Shown: one piece after another, positions 29,854 through 40,151 of the stretch | Layout: each line of letters opens with the position of its first letter | Numbering within the stretch: the stretch's first letter is position 1 | Notes under the pieces: generated by a model | Databases searched by the model: none | Told to the model about the DNA's origin: nothing | What the model saw: the letters and a program-made list of their open reading frames with translations, nothing else | Program-made: the position numbers and the translations under genes | NCBI GenBank assembly: GCA_016839705.1 | Contig: JAEOTR010000014.1 | Span: 1 to 64,000 of the forward strand | DNA length: 64,000 nucleotides | DNA from: Promethearchaeota archaeon | Lineage (GTDB): Archaea > Asgardarchaeota > Lokiarchaeia > Sigyniarchaeales > SOKP01 | Direction of reading: 5' to 3'

Positions 29854-29877
29854 ATCGATATATCGATATCGATATAT
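29854..29877. promoter_or_regulatory. Nested palindromic operator (triple ATCGAT), probable PadR site
   Basis: ATATATCGATATCGATATAT (29858-29877) is a perfect 20-bp palindrome; ATCGATATATCGAT (29854-29867) is also perfect. Confidence 0.65.
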
Positions 29878-29880
29878 TTT

Positions 29881-30513
29881 TTGGTGATTATAATTTTTAG
29901 TACACATAGAAAAGGAGCACGAACGGGTTTAGAGATTTTAGTCTTAAAAATAATTCAAAAAAACACCTCCGGAATCACGGGATATGAAATTATTCAGAAG
30001 ATCACTAGTAAACCCAGAGGTTTATGGAGAGGAACAGCAGGATCAATATACCCATTACTTAAAAATTTAGCAGATAAAGGCTTAGTAAGGATTGAAGAAA
30101 ACCCAGATAATAATCGTGGTAAGAAGGAATATTATATAACCGAAAAAGGTTCTAATGCACTTAAAGATGCATTAAGTAATAATATCTATCCTAGCATGCG
30201 TTCTTTTATGGATTCTATATTTACACTCATTGGAGATCTCCCAAGGGTTAAAAGAAATGTTGAAACAATGTTTTGCAGCTTCCCTCATCATCATCATATA
30301 GAACTTGATGAAACTGATCTTTCACTTGAAAATCAGCAACATATAAGAAATGTGATAAAAAGCCTGGAATCTTCGAAGAAAGATCTCAATCATAGAATTA
30401 AAATAATAAATGACCAAATCATTAGGTACAACGATATTTTAGTAAAAATTGAGAAAGAACGGAAGGAAAAATCTAAATCCATTGAAATATATGATGACGA
30501 CTTATATTCTTAA
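29881..30513 (+). CDS. PadR-family transcriptional regulator
   Basis: GYEI, GSIYPLL..L...G, KKEYYITEKG; C-terminal coiled coil. Confidence 0.9.
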   Translation: MVIIIFSTHRKGARTGLEILVLKIIQKNTSGITGYEIIQKITSKPRGLWRGTAGSIYPLLKNLADKGLVRIEENPDNNRGKKEYYITEKGSNALKDALSNNIYPSMRSFMDSIFTLIGDLPRVKRNVETMFCSFPHHHHIELDETDLSLENQQHIRNVIKSLESSKKDLNHRIKIINDQIIRYNDILVKIEKERKEKSKSIEIYDDDLYS

Positions 30514-30576
30514 AATATTATTACCAAAAAATAATGAAATATGAATCAAATAAAAATAAAGAGGTAATTAAAAAAT

Positions 30577-31113
30577 ATGAATCAAGAAAATCCCCATGAA
30601 AACAGTGATCCGCATGGTCCTCAAACCCCGGATGGCCCACGTGGTCCCCACAGTTATCATGGTCGAAAAGGCATGTATGGGTGCTTTCCCTTTGATCCTC
30701 GAATGATGTATAAAATGAAAAAGATGGCAAAACATTTTATGAGGGGATTTATGGGAAATCATATACCACACAATCTTGAAGATCTAGGAGACAGTTATTT
30801 AATTACAGTACCATTAGCCGGACGTACTAAGGAGGATGTAAAGGTCTCTTTACTTAATAACTATCTGAATATTAAAGCAGAGAAACCTAAAATCCCAGAA
30901 TCAGAAAAAGTAAAGGAGACCCCAGGGGAAGTAAATACACCACATGAATTTTGTGGTCCATCATTCTGGAAAGGATATACTTTTATTGACGTAAACATGG
31001 ATATTCTTTTACCAGTTGATGCGGATACTGAAACATTGCTATCAAAAATGGCTAATGGTCTTCTGAAAATAACTTTTGGTAAAAAACCTGCTAAGAAAAT
31101 AGATATTAGCTAA
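30577..31113 (+). CDS. Hsp20/alpha-crystallin small heat-shock protein
   Basis: Y.ITV.LAG..KEDVKV...L.I.AEK and LP...D......NGLL.I pattern. Confidence 0.8.
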   Translation: MNQENPHENSDPHGPQTPDGPRGPHSYHGRKGMYGCFPFDPRMMYKMKKMAKHFMRGFMGNHIPHNLEDLGDSYLITVPLAGRTKEDVKVSLLNNYLNIKAEKPKIPESEKVKETPGEVNTPHEFCGPSFWKGYTFIDVNMDILLPVDADTETLLSKMANGLLKITFGKKPAKKIDIS

Positions 31114-31146
31114 AGCAAATCAAATATTTAATAAAATTTGGCGGAA

Positions 31147-31211
31147 TGCTTTAGAATTACTACAATAGTAGTTCTCTCAAAGCAATATTGTAGCATTTTA
31201 ATGCTAAAGCA
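31147..31211 (+). other. Structured 3' element (long hairpin) downstream of hsp20
   Basis: TGCTTTAGAATTA/TAATGCTAAAGCA and CTACAATA/TATTGTAG complementary arms, followed by T-tracts. Confidence 0.45.
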
Positions 31212-31535
31212 CCCCAATAATATATTTTTTTTATATTTTTTATTCTTTTAGTTTCCAGTTTATCGATATTTTTTGACTTGTTTGTTGAGAGAATCAAACA
31301 CACTTAAATTTATAAGAGGTTATGATATAAAACCTCATAAATTGACTAGTATCTACCCCTCAAGTTATAGTTCTTCAAAAAGAAAAACTCAAGCAGAAAT
31401 AGTAAACACACAAGAAAACGAATCTGACTAATTTTTTTAATAAATCTTTTTTTTTCTAATATATTTTAGAATTTACATTTCAACCTTGTTGTTAGTTACT
31501 TGGAAATTTAATAAACATTTGAATTAGGGAAATTT

Positions 31536-32657
31536 ATGGATAAACTTAAAGTTGGTATTATCGGTTGTGGAGTTATTTTTGATCTTAATGTGTTAGGATA
31601 TTTAAATAATGATGATGCAGAAATAATAAGTCTTTGCGATAGAAGACTGAAGAATGTGAAGGAAAAGATTCAGAAATTCGATCTTAATTCCAATATTAGA
31701 ATATATAAAGACTATAAAGAAATGCTTGACTCCGAGAGAATAGATCTATTAGAAATTTTATTGCCTCATCATTTACATCATGAGGTAACTCTATATGCTG
31801 CGCAGAAGAACTTGAAGGGGATAAGCGTTCAAAAACCGATGGCTAATACTGTTAAAGAGTGTGATGAAATGATTAATGTTTGTAAAAACAATAATATCAA
31901 GCTAAAAATTTTTGAAAATTTCACATTCTATCCTCCAATAATAAAAGCAAAACAACTAATAGAAGAAGGAATAATCGGTGAGGTGAACTCAATTCACATC
32001 AAGTCCACCCGGGCGGGTAAGGGTGGTTGGAGAGTCCCCGGTAGTGCTTCGAGATGGAGGTATGACCCAAAAACTTGTGGAGGTGGTATGGATCGAGGAT
32101 CTCCATGCGTATTTGATGACGGGTTTCATAAATTCTGGCTTGCCTTACACTTTATAGAAAATAAAATCGAAAAAGTCTATGCTTGGATAGATGGTGATTT
32201 GATAGATATACCTGCTTATATTATGTGGAAATATAAGCAGCCTGAAAACACTGAATTTATTGTACCTAAATATGGAAATATGGAATTCAACCTTTCACCG
32301 CAAATGTATCTACCAAGCCCATATTACGATATAGATGAATTTATTTTATTAACTGGATCAACAGGTGTAATGTGGATTAATCAAGTAACTGCAGGGGGGA
32401 ACGTAATGTCGGATTCTGAGATCTTCCCTCCAGTTGTAGTTTTTCGAGATGGAAAAGTAGAATCGTTTACAGATATGGAACGAGACTGGAAATACGGATT
32501 TATTAACTCAACAAAACATTTTATTGATGTAATAAAAAATGATGGTGCACCACTACTAACAGGAGAAGAAGGAAGGTATACGATTCAATTTTCTTTAGCT
32601 GCCATAAAATCTTCATTGGAAGGAAGAGAGATCAACCCCGATGATATGATAGATTAG
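31536..32657 (+). CDS. Gfo/Idh/MocA family oxidoreductase
   Basis: VGIIGCG, P..LH, QKPMA, DDGFH. Confidence 0.9.
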   Translation: MDKLKVGIIGCGVIFDLNVLGYLNNDDAEIISLCDRRLKNVKEKIQKFDLNSNIRIYKDYKEMLDSERIDLLEILLPHHLHHEVTLYAAQKNLKGISVQKPMANTVKECDEMINVCKNNNIKLKIFENFTFYPPIIKAKQLIEEGIIGEVNSIHIKSTRAGKGGWRVPGSASRWRYDPKTCGGGMDRGSPCVFDDGFHKFWLALHFIENKIEKVYAWIDGDLIDIPAYIMWKYKQPENTEFIVPKYGNMEFNLSPQMYLPSPYYDIDEFILLTGSTGVMWINQVTAGGNVMSDSEIFPPVVVFRDGKVESFTDMERDWKYGFINSTKHFIDVIKNDGAPLLTGEEGRYTIQFSLAAIKSSLEGREINPDDMID

Positions 32658-32661
32658 AATC

Positions 32662-33477
32662 TTAGCTTTTTGAAAAACCTCCATGGTGAAATTCAATTTT
32701 ATAGTTAAGCTTCATATTCTCACAATAACTCTTGATATCTTCTTCAAGAAAATCCCAATAGCTTCTATCTCTTTGAATCTCTTTATATTTTGAGAGAAAT
32801 TCTGGATAATTCTCTCTTATAACATTCATTATTCGAGGAATATTATGCGGTCTGAAATTTAAATTTTCAAAACTAAAGTTATCTGTATAATCAAGTGTTT
32901 CACCAATTATCCCTTTATAGTCTGTAATTTCAGGGAAAAAAGGGGATATAAATATATAAGTTTGAATACCATTTTCGTAGATTTCTTTTATAGCAGCAAA
33001 TCGATCTGAAGGTTTTGATGCACCTCGCTCAAGGATCCTGGCAAATTGCTCGTTTAAAGTGCTAATTGAAATCCCCACCTCAATATTTTTAAATTTCTTA
33101 AATAAATCGATATCTCTCACAACTAGCTTAGATTTAGTGAGGATAGTAATTTCGGCATTAGTTCCAACAAGTCTTTCTAATATTTTTCTAGTGTTTTGAT
33201 ATTTTTTTTCTAGGGGTAGATAGGGGTCTGTTACAGAACTTAGTAAAATTCTCTTGCCGTTATATTTTTGAGGTTTGATCTTTTCTAACTCAAATTGTTT
33301 AATATCGAGAAATTCTCCCCATTTGTCACCTTTATGATTCGTAAATCTAATCATGAATTCAGCGTAACAATAAATACAACCATGTTGACATCCCGTATAT
33401 GGATTAATAACAAAATCAATTTGAGGGATATTACTTTTTGTTATAATGCTCTTAGTTTCTCGAAAGTTTATTTTCAT
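32662..33477 (-). CDS. Radical SAM protein, SplB/Rv2578c-like
   Basis: NPYTGCQHGCIYCYA, SSVTDPY, TKS.LV.RD. Confidence 0.9.
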   Translation of the reverse strand: MKINFRETKSIITKSNIPQIDFVINPYTGCQHGCIYCYAEFMIRFTNHKGDKWGEFLDIKQFELEKIKPQKYNGKRILLSSVTDPYLPLEKKYQNTRKILERLVGTNAEITILTKSKLVVRDIDLFKKFKNIEVGISISTLNEQFARILERGASKPSDRFAAIKEIYENGIQTYIFISPFFPEITDYKGIIGETLDYTDNFSFENLNFRPHNIPRIMNVIRENYPEFLSKYKEIQRDRSYWDFLEEDIKSYCENMKLNYKIEFHHGGFSKS

Positions 33478-33479
33478 CT

Positions 33480-34250
33480 TCAAATAGATGTTAGGGTATT
33501 TATTGCGATTTTAAATAATGTTTGGAGATGTTCATCAGTTAAATGAAAGTAGGGCTTCCAATCTCTTTCTCCTAAATAATCACTTATCGTAAAAATTGCT
33601 CCAGCATCAACTTTTAAAGCATATGCTACAGAGAATACCGCTGACGCCTCCATATCTACTGTTAGTACTCCTTCTTCTTTGTAATGTTCTATTTCTTTAA
33701 TAGTCTCCCGAAAAGGCGCATCAGTTGTCCACGATGTTCCAGAAGTATATTCTAATCCCATTTGTTCAATAGTTTCTATAATTTTATTGTTTAATCCTTG
33801 AGAAGGAAGTGAGTATTTTTCACCAGGGATATAGTGATATGAAGTTCCCTCATCTCGAATAGCTCGATCACATACGACAATATTTCCTAATGTTAAATCT
33901 TTCTGTAGAGCTCCAGCCGTTCCAACCGAAATAAACCATTTTACTCCAAAAGACGAAAGTTCCTCTAATAAGATTGCCGCACTTGGTGCACCTATTCCAA
34001 AATTTCCACAGATTCCAATGTTTCCTTGAGATTTTTCAAATAGATAGAATTCTCGAATAACATTTTCAATTTTTTTAACCCTATAGTTTTTTATTATATA
34101 ATCCATTAATTTCGGTTGAAAAGTAAAGATCACCCCTTTTGGAGGGTCAATCTCTGGGTATCTCCCCATTTTCTTTCTATATTCCCAGAAATTCTTTCCA
34201 TTAAGTAATGGGGTTTCACGATATTTATCAGAAAAATTTGGGAAAGGCAT
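33480..34250 (-). CDS. Nucleoside phosphorylase (PNP/UDP family 1)
   Basis: GIGAP, GTAG, RDEGTSYHY, WTTDAPFRE, VDME. Confidence 0.9.
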   Translation of the reverse strand: MPFPNFSDKYRETPLLNGKNFWEYRKKMGRYPEIDPPKGVIFTFQPKLMDYIIKNYRVKKIENVIREFYLFEKSQGNIGICGNFGIGAPSAAILLEELSSFGVKWFISVGTAGALQKDLTLGNIVVCDRAIRDEGTSYHYIPGEKYSLPSQGLNNKIIETIEQMGLEYTSGTSWTTDAPFRETIKEIEHYKEEGVLTVDMEASAVFSVAYALKVDAGAIFTISDYLGERDWKPYFHLTDEHLQTLFKIAINTLTSI

Positions 34251-34374
34251 GTTAAATAATTCAACTTAATATTTTTAAAACTTTTAGAAATTGAATTAGG
34301 GAATAGAAAGAACCTTAACGGTTATAAATAATATCTTCGAGTTATGCCGTTTGATGCTATATTTACACTATATA

Positions 34375-35004
34375 TTAAATAGAATTGACATTTTTACCTA
34401 TTAATAACCACATTGTATGATATTCTGTATCTTTAGAATAGTTTTTGTGAAAATATTCAAATAGATCAACAATCTTCAAAAATTTGAAATCCTCCCGAAG
34501 CTCCTCTTCCGAACAGAAATGAAGGAAGAACTCACTTTGAAATGAATTTGGATCATTTTTTACTGATACGCCTTTCCCATAATATTGCCTATCATTTGAG
34601 GAAAGTGTACTCAAGAAAAAAAAACCGTGTGATTTTAAAATTTTCTTGATTTTGAAAATAAATGCATTTCTATCAGCCATATTAAAGAAATGGTATACCC
34701 CTGAAACGTAAATTATATCATATTGAGTATCATCTAAATCCTTCCGATTCATGCATTCAAATGTGACATTATCTTTGTTTGAATTTAGTTCAATTGCATT
34801 TTCTATAGCTTTTAATGAAATATCAATTCCTCGTATTGTGAGATTATCTAATTTCGAAGATATAAAGTCGATATCGCGCCCATTACCACATCCAATATCT
34901 AGAAATGTGAATTGATTGGATTTAGTCAATTTTTTTTGAAGAAAACTTAAAGCCATACTGGCATTTATACTAACCTTATCATCGCCACTTGGAATATGGT
35001 TCAT
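34375..35004 (-). CDS. Class I SAM-dependent methyltransferase
   Basis: LDIGCGNGR, GIDIS, YDII...YH. Confidence 0.85.
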   Translation of the reverse strand: MNHIPSGDDKVSINASMALSFLQKKLTKSNQFTFLDIGCGNGRDIDFISSKLDNLTIRGIDISLKAIENAIELNSNKDNVTFECMNRKDLDDTQYDIIYVSGVYHFFNMADRNAFIFKIKKILKSHGFFFLSTLSSNDRQYYGKGVSVKNDPNSFQSEFFLHFCSEEELREDFKFLKIVDLFEYFHKNYSKDTEYHTMWLLIGKNVNSI

Positions 35005-35099
35005 ATATATTTTTAATCAAAAGAGAGTTAAAAAAATATCTTTAGCTTTAGAAAAAAAGAACCTTAAAGACAAATAAAAATAAAAAAAATATGGATTAC

Positions 35100-36068
35100 T
35101 TATTTTTTGGGTTTTCTTTTAGTAATAATTACGTAAATGACTAATCCGGCAATGCAAGCTATTATTATTATTAAAATTAGATAAAATATCCAATCTGAGT
35201 TAACATTGATAAGTTGGAAAATAATAGTATCACTGACATTTCTAACCGCAAAAGACACCATAGTTCCTTTTTCTCCATATGATATTTCAACAGTATAATT
35301 CGTTTCACCTGAACGTTTAAAAATAAGTGTATTCCCCGTTGAGGATGCATTTTCACATCCAAGTTCATTAATTAAGTCCGTTAAATACTGAGTTCGTGGT
35401 GTTGCAATAGCTAATCCATTAAGGATTAACTGCCATAAAAACTCATCTGCCATTAGGTTAGGAAACGTATAACCTGAAAGTTGAATAGCCAAATTTCCAT
35501 TAAGCTCAGCCGCGATAGCATTATAATCATCTAAAATTGTTTTAACATCAGCAGGATCCTTAAATATTAACAGTCCCTCATTATAGCTAGGTTGTTCTTC
35601 ATGAGTCCCATCTGTGAAGTTCCAAACAGCGCGTACACCATACCATAGATTATAGGTATTCGTATAATTTTCATTAATCAATGTTTCGTTGAATCCAGCA
35701 GAATTCATGATGGTAAGTAGTATCACTAAGTCTTCTATATTGAAATGTTCCGCCATGATTAAAGTTGTTAAAATATCATAGGCTTCCCATGTAATATCAT
35801 TCCAACCTAGTATAGTTGTTCTACTCTTCGCTCCAGTAATATTTGCATCTCCCTCGAACCAGAAGCTTGGATTTGTGGATGAATTAACTGTAGACTTCCA
35901 CGCCGCATCATTGTATTGATTTACTAATAAATCATCAGTCCCTTTCGCTAGAGTCAATTGATAGTTTATACTAGCTGACACTGATATAGCAAACATCCCA
36001 CAAATTATTATTCCAAACAATGTTAAACTCAAAAAACTTGTTTTGGTTTTATTCTTAATTAGCCTCAT
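35100..36068 (-). CDS. Secreted protein with C-terminal membrane anchor
   Basis: N-terminal signal peptide, C-terminal TM plus KRKPKK, multiple N-x-S/T sequons. Confidence 0.7.
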   Translation of the reverse strand: MRLIKNKTKTSFLSLTLFGIIICGMFAISVSASINYQLTLAKGTDDLLVNQYNDAAWKSTVNSSTNPSFWFEGDANITGAKSRTTILGWNDITWEAYDILTTLIMAEHFNIEDLVILLTIMNSAGFNETLINENYTNTYNLWYGVRAVWNFTDGTHEEQPSYNEGLLIFKDPADVKTILDDYNAIAAELNGNLAIQLSGYTFPNLMADEFLWQLILNGLAIATPRTQYLTDLINELGCENASSTGNTLIFKRSGETNYTVEISYGEKGTMVSFAVRNVSDTIIFQLINVNSDWIFYLILIIIIACIAGLVIYVIITKRKPKK

Positions 36069-36069
36069 T

Positions 36070-36930
36070 TTATAATTGCCTCCGTTTGAATAATATTGCT
36101 GCTAATATCAAGAAAACAACTGTATTTACGAGTAACAAAGTAATTCCCATACCAACTGTAGGAGTCACCCATTGACCAATTGTAAAATCTCCTCCTGGAC
36201 CAAACGGGCCGCCACCACTACCACTAAATGAAAATTCGACAAACCTTGGATCTGGAAATGGATTATTAAGTATCCCTGTGATAAGAGACCCTAAGTATGC
36301 TAAAGAATATAAAGGTTCAAAACTATCAGCTAAAATAAATGAAACTATCTGATCGGCTATATTCAATCCTATTAATAGGATTACTAATGTAGATATGATT
36401 GTAAGATTTACACTTCTCATGAATGAACTAAAGAAAGTTACAAAGCTGCTTAAAGCTATAACATATAATATCGCAATACCATATGAATAAAATAGCCTAA
36501 TATTGATAGGTCCGCTATAGTAAAAAAATCCTAAAAGCCCAAGTATAAAGTAATAAATTGAAATAATCGCAATAACTAAAATTAGATTCCCAAAATATTT
36601 CCCTAATATCAACTTATATTTGTTGATTTTTGGAAACACAATAAACCCCGTTTTTTTATCATACTCAGAGCAAATAATTCCCGAGAAAAACAAACAAGCT
36701 GCAAATAAAGTTAAGAAGGAAATAAATTGTAATCCTGTATTAAAGAATTCTGTTTGTGTGTTAGATAATAAATAAGAAGGTATCGCAGGTAGTACATATC
36801 CCAGTAAAAAACTGATTAATATGGTAATTCCTAAAAAGAAATAAAACTTCTTTTTTTGCTTTTTCAATTCGAATATAATTGTATAAAGCACAGGCTTTAT
36901 CCCTATATGGGTGATCGTTCTCTCTGCCAT
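36070..36930 (-). CDS. ABC-2 type transporter permease
   Basis: Six TMs; EYDKKTG...PKINK..LILGKY signature. Confidence 0.85.
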   Translation of the reverse strand: MAERTITHIGIKPVLYTIIFELKKQKKKFYFFLGITILISFLLGYVLPAIPSYLLSNTQTEFFNTGLQFISFLTLFAACLFFSGIICSEYDKKTGFIVFPKINKYKLILGKYFGNLILVIAIISIYYFILGLLGFFYYSGPINIRLFYSYGIAILYVIALSSFVTFFSSFMRSVNLTIISTLVILLIGLNIADQIVSFILADSFEPLYSLAYLGSLITGILNNPFPDPRFVEFSFSGSGGGPFGPGGDFTIGQWVTPTVGMGITLLLVNTVVFLILAAILFKRRQL

Positions 36931-36934
36931 TTTT

Positions 36935-37963
36935 TTATTCACCTTCCTCATTTATTTCATTATCTTTTACCATTTCTGCATACACTCTCTCCAACTGGGA
37001 TGTTTTAGGTTGAGTAAATGAGATCACCGTAAAATCTGATTCGAATTCTCTTATTAGAATTTTTAAGATTTCTCCCTTAGATTCGCTTTTTCCATCAAAA
37101 TATACTTTTAAACCTTGATGCTCAGGGAAATACTTTATGGGTATTTTTGAGATATTGGGATCTAAGTTCTTATCTAAATAGGGATTAAGATTTTCAGTCA
37201 ATCTTTTTAATAAGGGATCTAATTCACTTGCGTTAAGAGGATTTAACAGGACTGCATTTACTTCACTTGTTTTTAACGTGAGAGCTAAATTTTCTACTGA
37301 ATCGAAGCCTATTATCGAACCTAAGTTGATTAAAGCAATTTTATCACACACTTCAGATATTTCATATAGCATGTGAGATGCTACGAATATAGTTTTTCCT
37401 AGCGCTTGAAGCTCCCTAATGTATTTTCTTATTTCAACGCGAGCTAAAGGATCTAACCCTGTCTGAGGTTCATCTAATATTATAATCTCTGGATCATGAA
37501 TAATAGCTTGAATAATTCCTAACTTCTGTGTCATTCCTTTAGAAAAATTTTTAACTTTCTCATGTTTCCAATCAGAAAGTTTAAACAATTTTAGTAATTC
37601 ATTTATTCTCTGATTTATTTTATCTTTTGGATATTTTTGAAGATTCGCGAAATATCTAAGAAGTTGATTAGCAGTCATATTGTAAAAATTAGGGATATCT
37701 ATTAAAAATCCAATTTGGGTTACCGTACTAGAAACATGTTGTAAATCTTCTAATTCGCTATGATTTGTTCGCATTAAGATTCTTCCTGAATTTGGTCTTA
37801 ATATTTTGGCAATCATTTTGATTGTAGTTGTTTTTCCTGCACCATTAGGTCCTACCAATCCAATTGTTTCACCTCTACATACTTCTAAGTTAATTTGATT
37901 CACCGCTGTAAAGTTACCGAACTTTTTTGTTAAATTCTCTAATTTAAGCACAATTTCTGACAT
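36935..37963 (-). CDS. ABC transporter ATP-binding protein
   Basis: GPNGAGKTT, FSKGM, ILDEP.GLDP, SH. Confidence 0.95.
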   Translation of the reverse strand: MSEIVLKLENLTKKFGNFTAVNQINLEVCRGETIGLVGPNGAGKTTTIKMIAKILRPNSGRILMRTNHSELEDLQHVSSTVTQIGFLIDIPNFYNMTANQLLRYFANLQKYPKDKINQRINELLKLFKLSDWKHEKVKNFSKGMTQKLGIIQAIIHDPEIIILDEPQTGLDPLARVEIRKYIRELQALGKTIFVASHMLYEISEVCDKIALINLGSIIGFDSVENLALTLKTSEVNAVLLNPLNASELDPLLKRLTENLNPYLDKNLDPNISKIPIKYFPEHQGLKVYFDGKSESKGEILKILIREFESDFTVISFTQPKTSQLERVYAEMVKDNEINEEGE

Positions 37964-37999
37964 TGTTTTCAGTTTTTTATTAACATTTTTTATTTAAAT

Positions 38000-38620
38000 T
38001 TATGTATCAGACCTTAATTCTGAAATTTTTTTATCGATGTCTGTTAAACGTTGAGATAAATGTTCAATCTGTTTACTAATGAACAACTTCTGGATATCTA
38101 AAATTCCTAGTTGTTCTTTTTTAGATTTGTCTTCCAGTCTACCCATGAATTCACCTTTAAATGGCCCCAAAAAAGGTCCTTTCATTGAAAATCCTTGTAT
38201 TAAAGCTTTTTGAAAGGAAGGACCTTTAAGAATAAGATCTTGGAGGTCTTCCTTAAGAAAATCATCCCCAAGTTCAGATGTAGAGAAGATAATAGATCTC
38301 ATCGATTCTCTTATCTCCCTTTCTTTTTGTAGCATTAAATCTAATATTTCTTTACCTTTCCTTGTAAGTTCATATACTTTTTTCGAATCATCTGGATCAT
38401 GAGTTTTTTGTTGTTTTATTAACTCTTTATCTCGTAGATCCTTAAGGACAGTATACATAGTCGAGTCGGTAGGTGACCATACTCCTAGAGTACGTTGCTC
38501 TATCAGCTTTTTGATATGATACCCATGCGATGGTTCTTTATTCAAAACTAAAAGCACAAAGATGTTAACAAAACCTTTTTTCATGGTTCTCTCGAATTTG
38601 TCTGCGATATTTTCAACCAT
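38000..38620 (-). CDS. PadR-family transcriptional regulator
   Basis: HGYHI, STMYTVL..L, KKVYELTRKG. ATG at 38620 preferred over TTG 38728. Confidence 0.9.
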   Translation of the reverse strand: MVENIADKFERTMKKGFVNIFVLLVLNKEPSHGYHIKKLIEQRTLGVWSPTDSTMYTVLKDLRDKELIKQQKTHDPDDSKKVYELTRKGKEILDLMLQKEREIRESMRSIIFSTSELGDDFLKEDLQDLILKGPSFQKALIQGFSMKGPFLGPFKGEFMGRLEDKSKKEQLGILDIQKLFISKQIEHLSQRLTDIDKKISELRSDT

Positions 38621-38651
38621 AATTTTCAACTTTTGAAATATTACTACGTTT

Positions 38652-38665
38652 ATCGATACATCGAC
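38652..38665. promoter_or_regulatory. ATCGAT-AC-ATCGAC, probable PadR operator
   Basis: Matches the motif upstream of the other padR at 12 of 14 positions; about 30-45 nt upstream of the ATG. Confidence 0.5.
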
Positions 38666-38773
38666 AACAATAGTAATATAACGGTAATCGAAGTATATAA
38701 ATTTTGAGATTATAAAAAAAAAGATCAAAGACTACACTAAATAAGTTTAGACTAAGAATTGATAATTATTACA

Positions 38774-39901
38774 TTAGATCTTTTTACCAACTTTTATGAA
38801 TTCTTTAAAGTTCTCCATATCTTTTTTCTCTATCTTCAACGCTATATAAGCACTTAAAATACTAATTCCTGCTTTCACAGAAGCACGTATTCCTAATTTA
38901 TCATGCATAGTTTTAAGTAGCCACCCTAGGATGATGTTGAATACCACTACCACTATCCAGATCGTATGGTAAGCACTTAACTGTCCCATGAAAAGTACAA
39001 GCAGAACATTATGTCCAAGAAAAATGGTGAATGAGTAGTAAGAATAGTAATAGAGAAGGTTATAGCTCTTTTTTGTTTTGATTACTTCTAATATTTCTAT
39101 CACGATGAGTATCGCTAGCGCAGCTATTATAAAACCTAATGCATAAAGATTAGATGAGATGGTGTTAAAGGTTATAAAATTAGGAAAAAAGAACAGAATA
39201 CCGAAGATACATACGGATATACCAATAACGATAGAATAAATTATTGATCTATGTGTAAACAAAAATTCTTTTTTCTTCTGTTCATCAGCATTTTTTAAGT
39301 CAAAAATGTAATCTCCCATAACAGAACCAAAAAGTACGATTCCGTAATAGTTTAAGATCCAATATGTATCAATGGGATTAAATAATATGTGATGAACGAT
39401 CCCTAAAAAACTAGGTTGTCCACTATACGGTGAAAGCATTGTTAATAAGATTTGGTTTAAGACAATTGCTATTATCGCAACGCCTACCCTTAATATTTTA
39501 GATCTTTTTAGTAAGGGCCATGCTAGTAATAGTGATACACCAATTGTTTGCAACGCGTTCCAACTCCATGTATCTGTTATATCACCACCACCAAATACCA
39601 TAGCAACGCCTAAGTTGAAAAAGAGTGCTATTATTAATATGAAAAGCGCTCTTAAGAGATAAATATTTCTCATAGTCTTCATCGACAATTTCTGTGTTTG
39701 TTGATTATTTTTATAAGCTAATGTTGAACTTACCCCTGAGATAAAGAGAAAACCTGTAGCCCCAATGGGAGCAAGAAATGCATACAACCAAAATTTAAGC
39801 CAAAAATCTTCTGGTCTTATCCAGAACTGAAGCATATGGCCATATACCATTATCCAAATAGAAAAACCCCGTAGTATATCAACACTCTTTATCCGCTGCA
39901 A
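38774..39901 (-). CDS. DUF1624 / HGSNAT-like membrane acyltransferase
   Basis: RIKSVDILRG...M...H, FLFISG.S, LQTIG; multi-TM. Confidence 0.8.
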   Translation of the reverse strand: MQRIKSVDILRGFSIWIMVYGHMLQFWIRPEDFWLKFWLYAFLAPIGATGFLFISGVSSTLAYKNNQQTQKLSMKTMRNIYLLRALFILIIALFFNLGVAMVFGGGDITDTWSWNALQTIGVSLLLAWPLLKRSKILRVGVAIIAIVLNQILLTMLSPYSGQPSFLGIVHHILFNPIDTYWILNYYGIVLFGSVMGDYIFDLKNADEQKKKEFLFTHRSIIYSIVIGISVCIFGILFFFPNFITFNTISSNLYALGFIIAALAILIVIEILEVIKTKKSYNLLYYYSYYSFTIFLGHNVLLVLFMGQLSAYHTIWIVVVVFNIILGWLLKTMHDKLGIRASVKAGISILSAYIALKIEKKDMENFKEFIKVGKKI

Positions 39902-40151
39902 TTTCCTAAAAAATGGTATTTGTTTTTTATATCTAAAATTGTGAAAGAAATATATAATATTTTATAAAAACAAAATTTTCTAGAAAATTAGAAATCGATA
40001 GTTAATGGATTATCAAATTTTAATTATGAAATATTAGTTTTTTATTAAACAAAAGTAATCAAAAGACTAAACATATTTATTTCAATATTTTAGGGATAAA
40101 TACTGGAATTTCTTCCACTTAAATATATACATAAGATCCTAAGATCATCTC

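Noticed and set aside
31273-31431. 52-aa TTG-start ORF in the hsp20-oxidoreductase spacer
   Set aside because: Weak start, no motif, overlaps small hairpins; cannot be supported.
34316-34324. TAACGGTTA near-palindrome also present at 62076-62084
   Set aside because: A 9-mer recurring in AT-rich DNA is within chance, and the two genes are unrelated.
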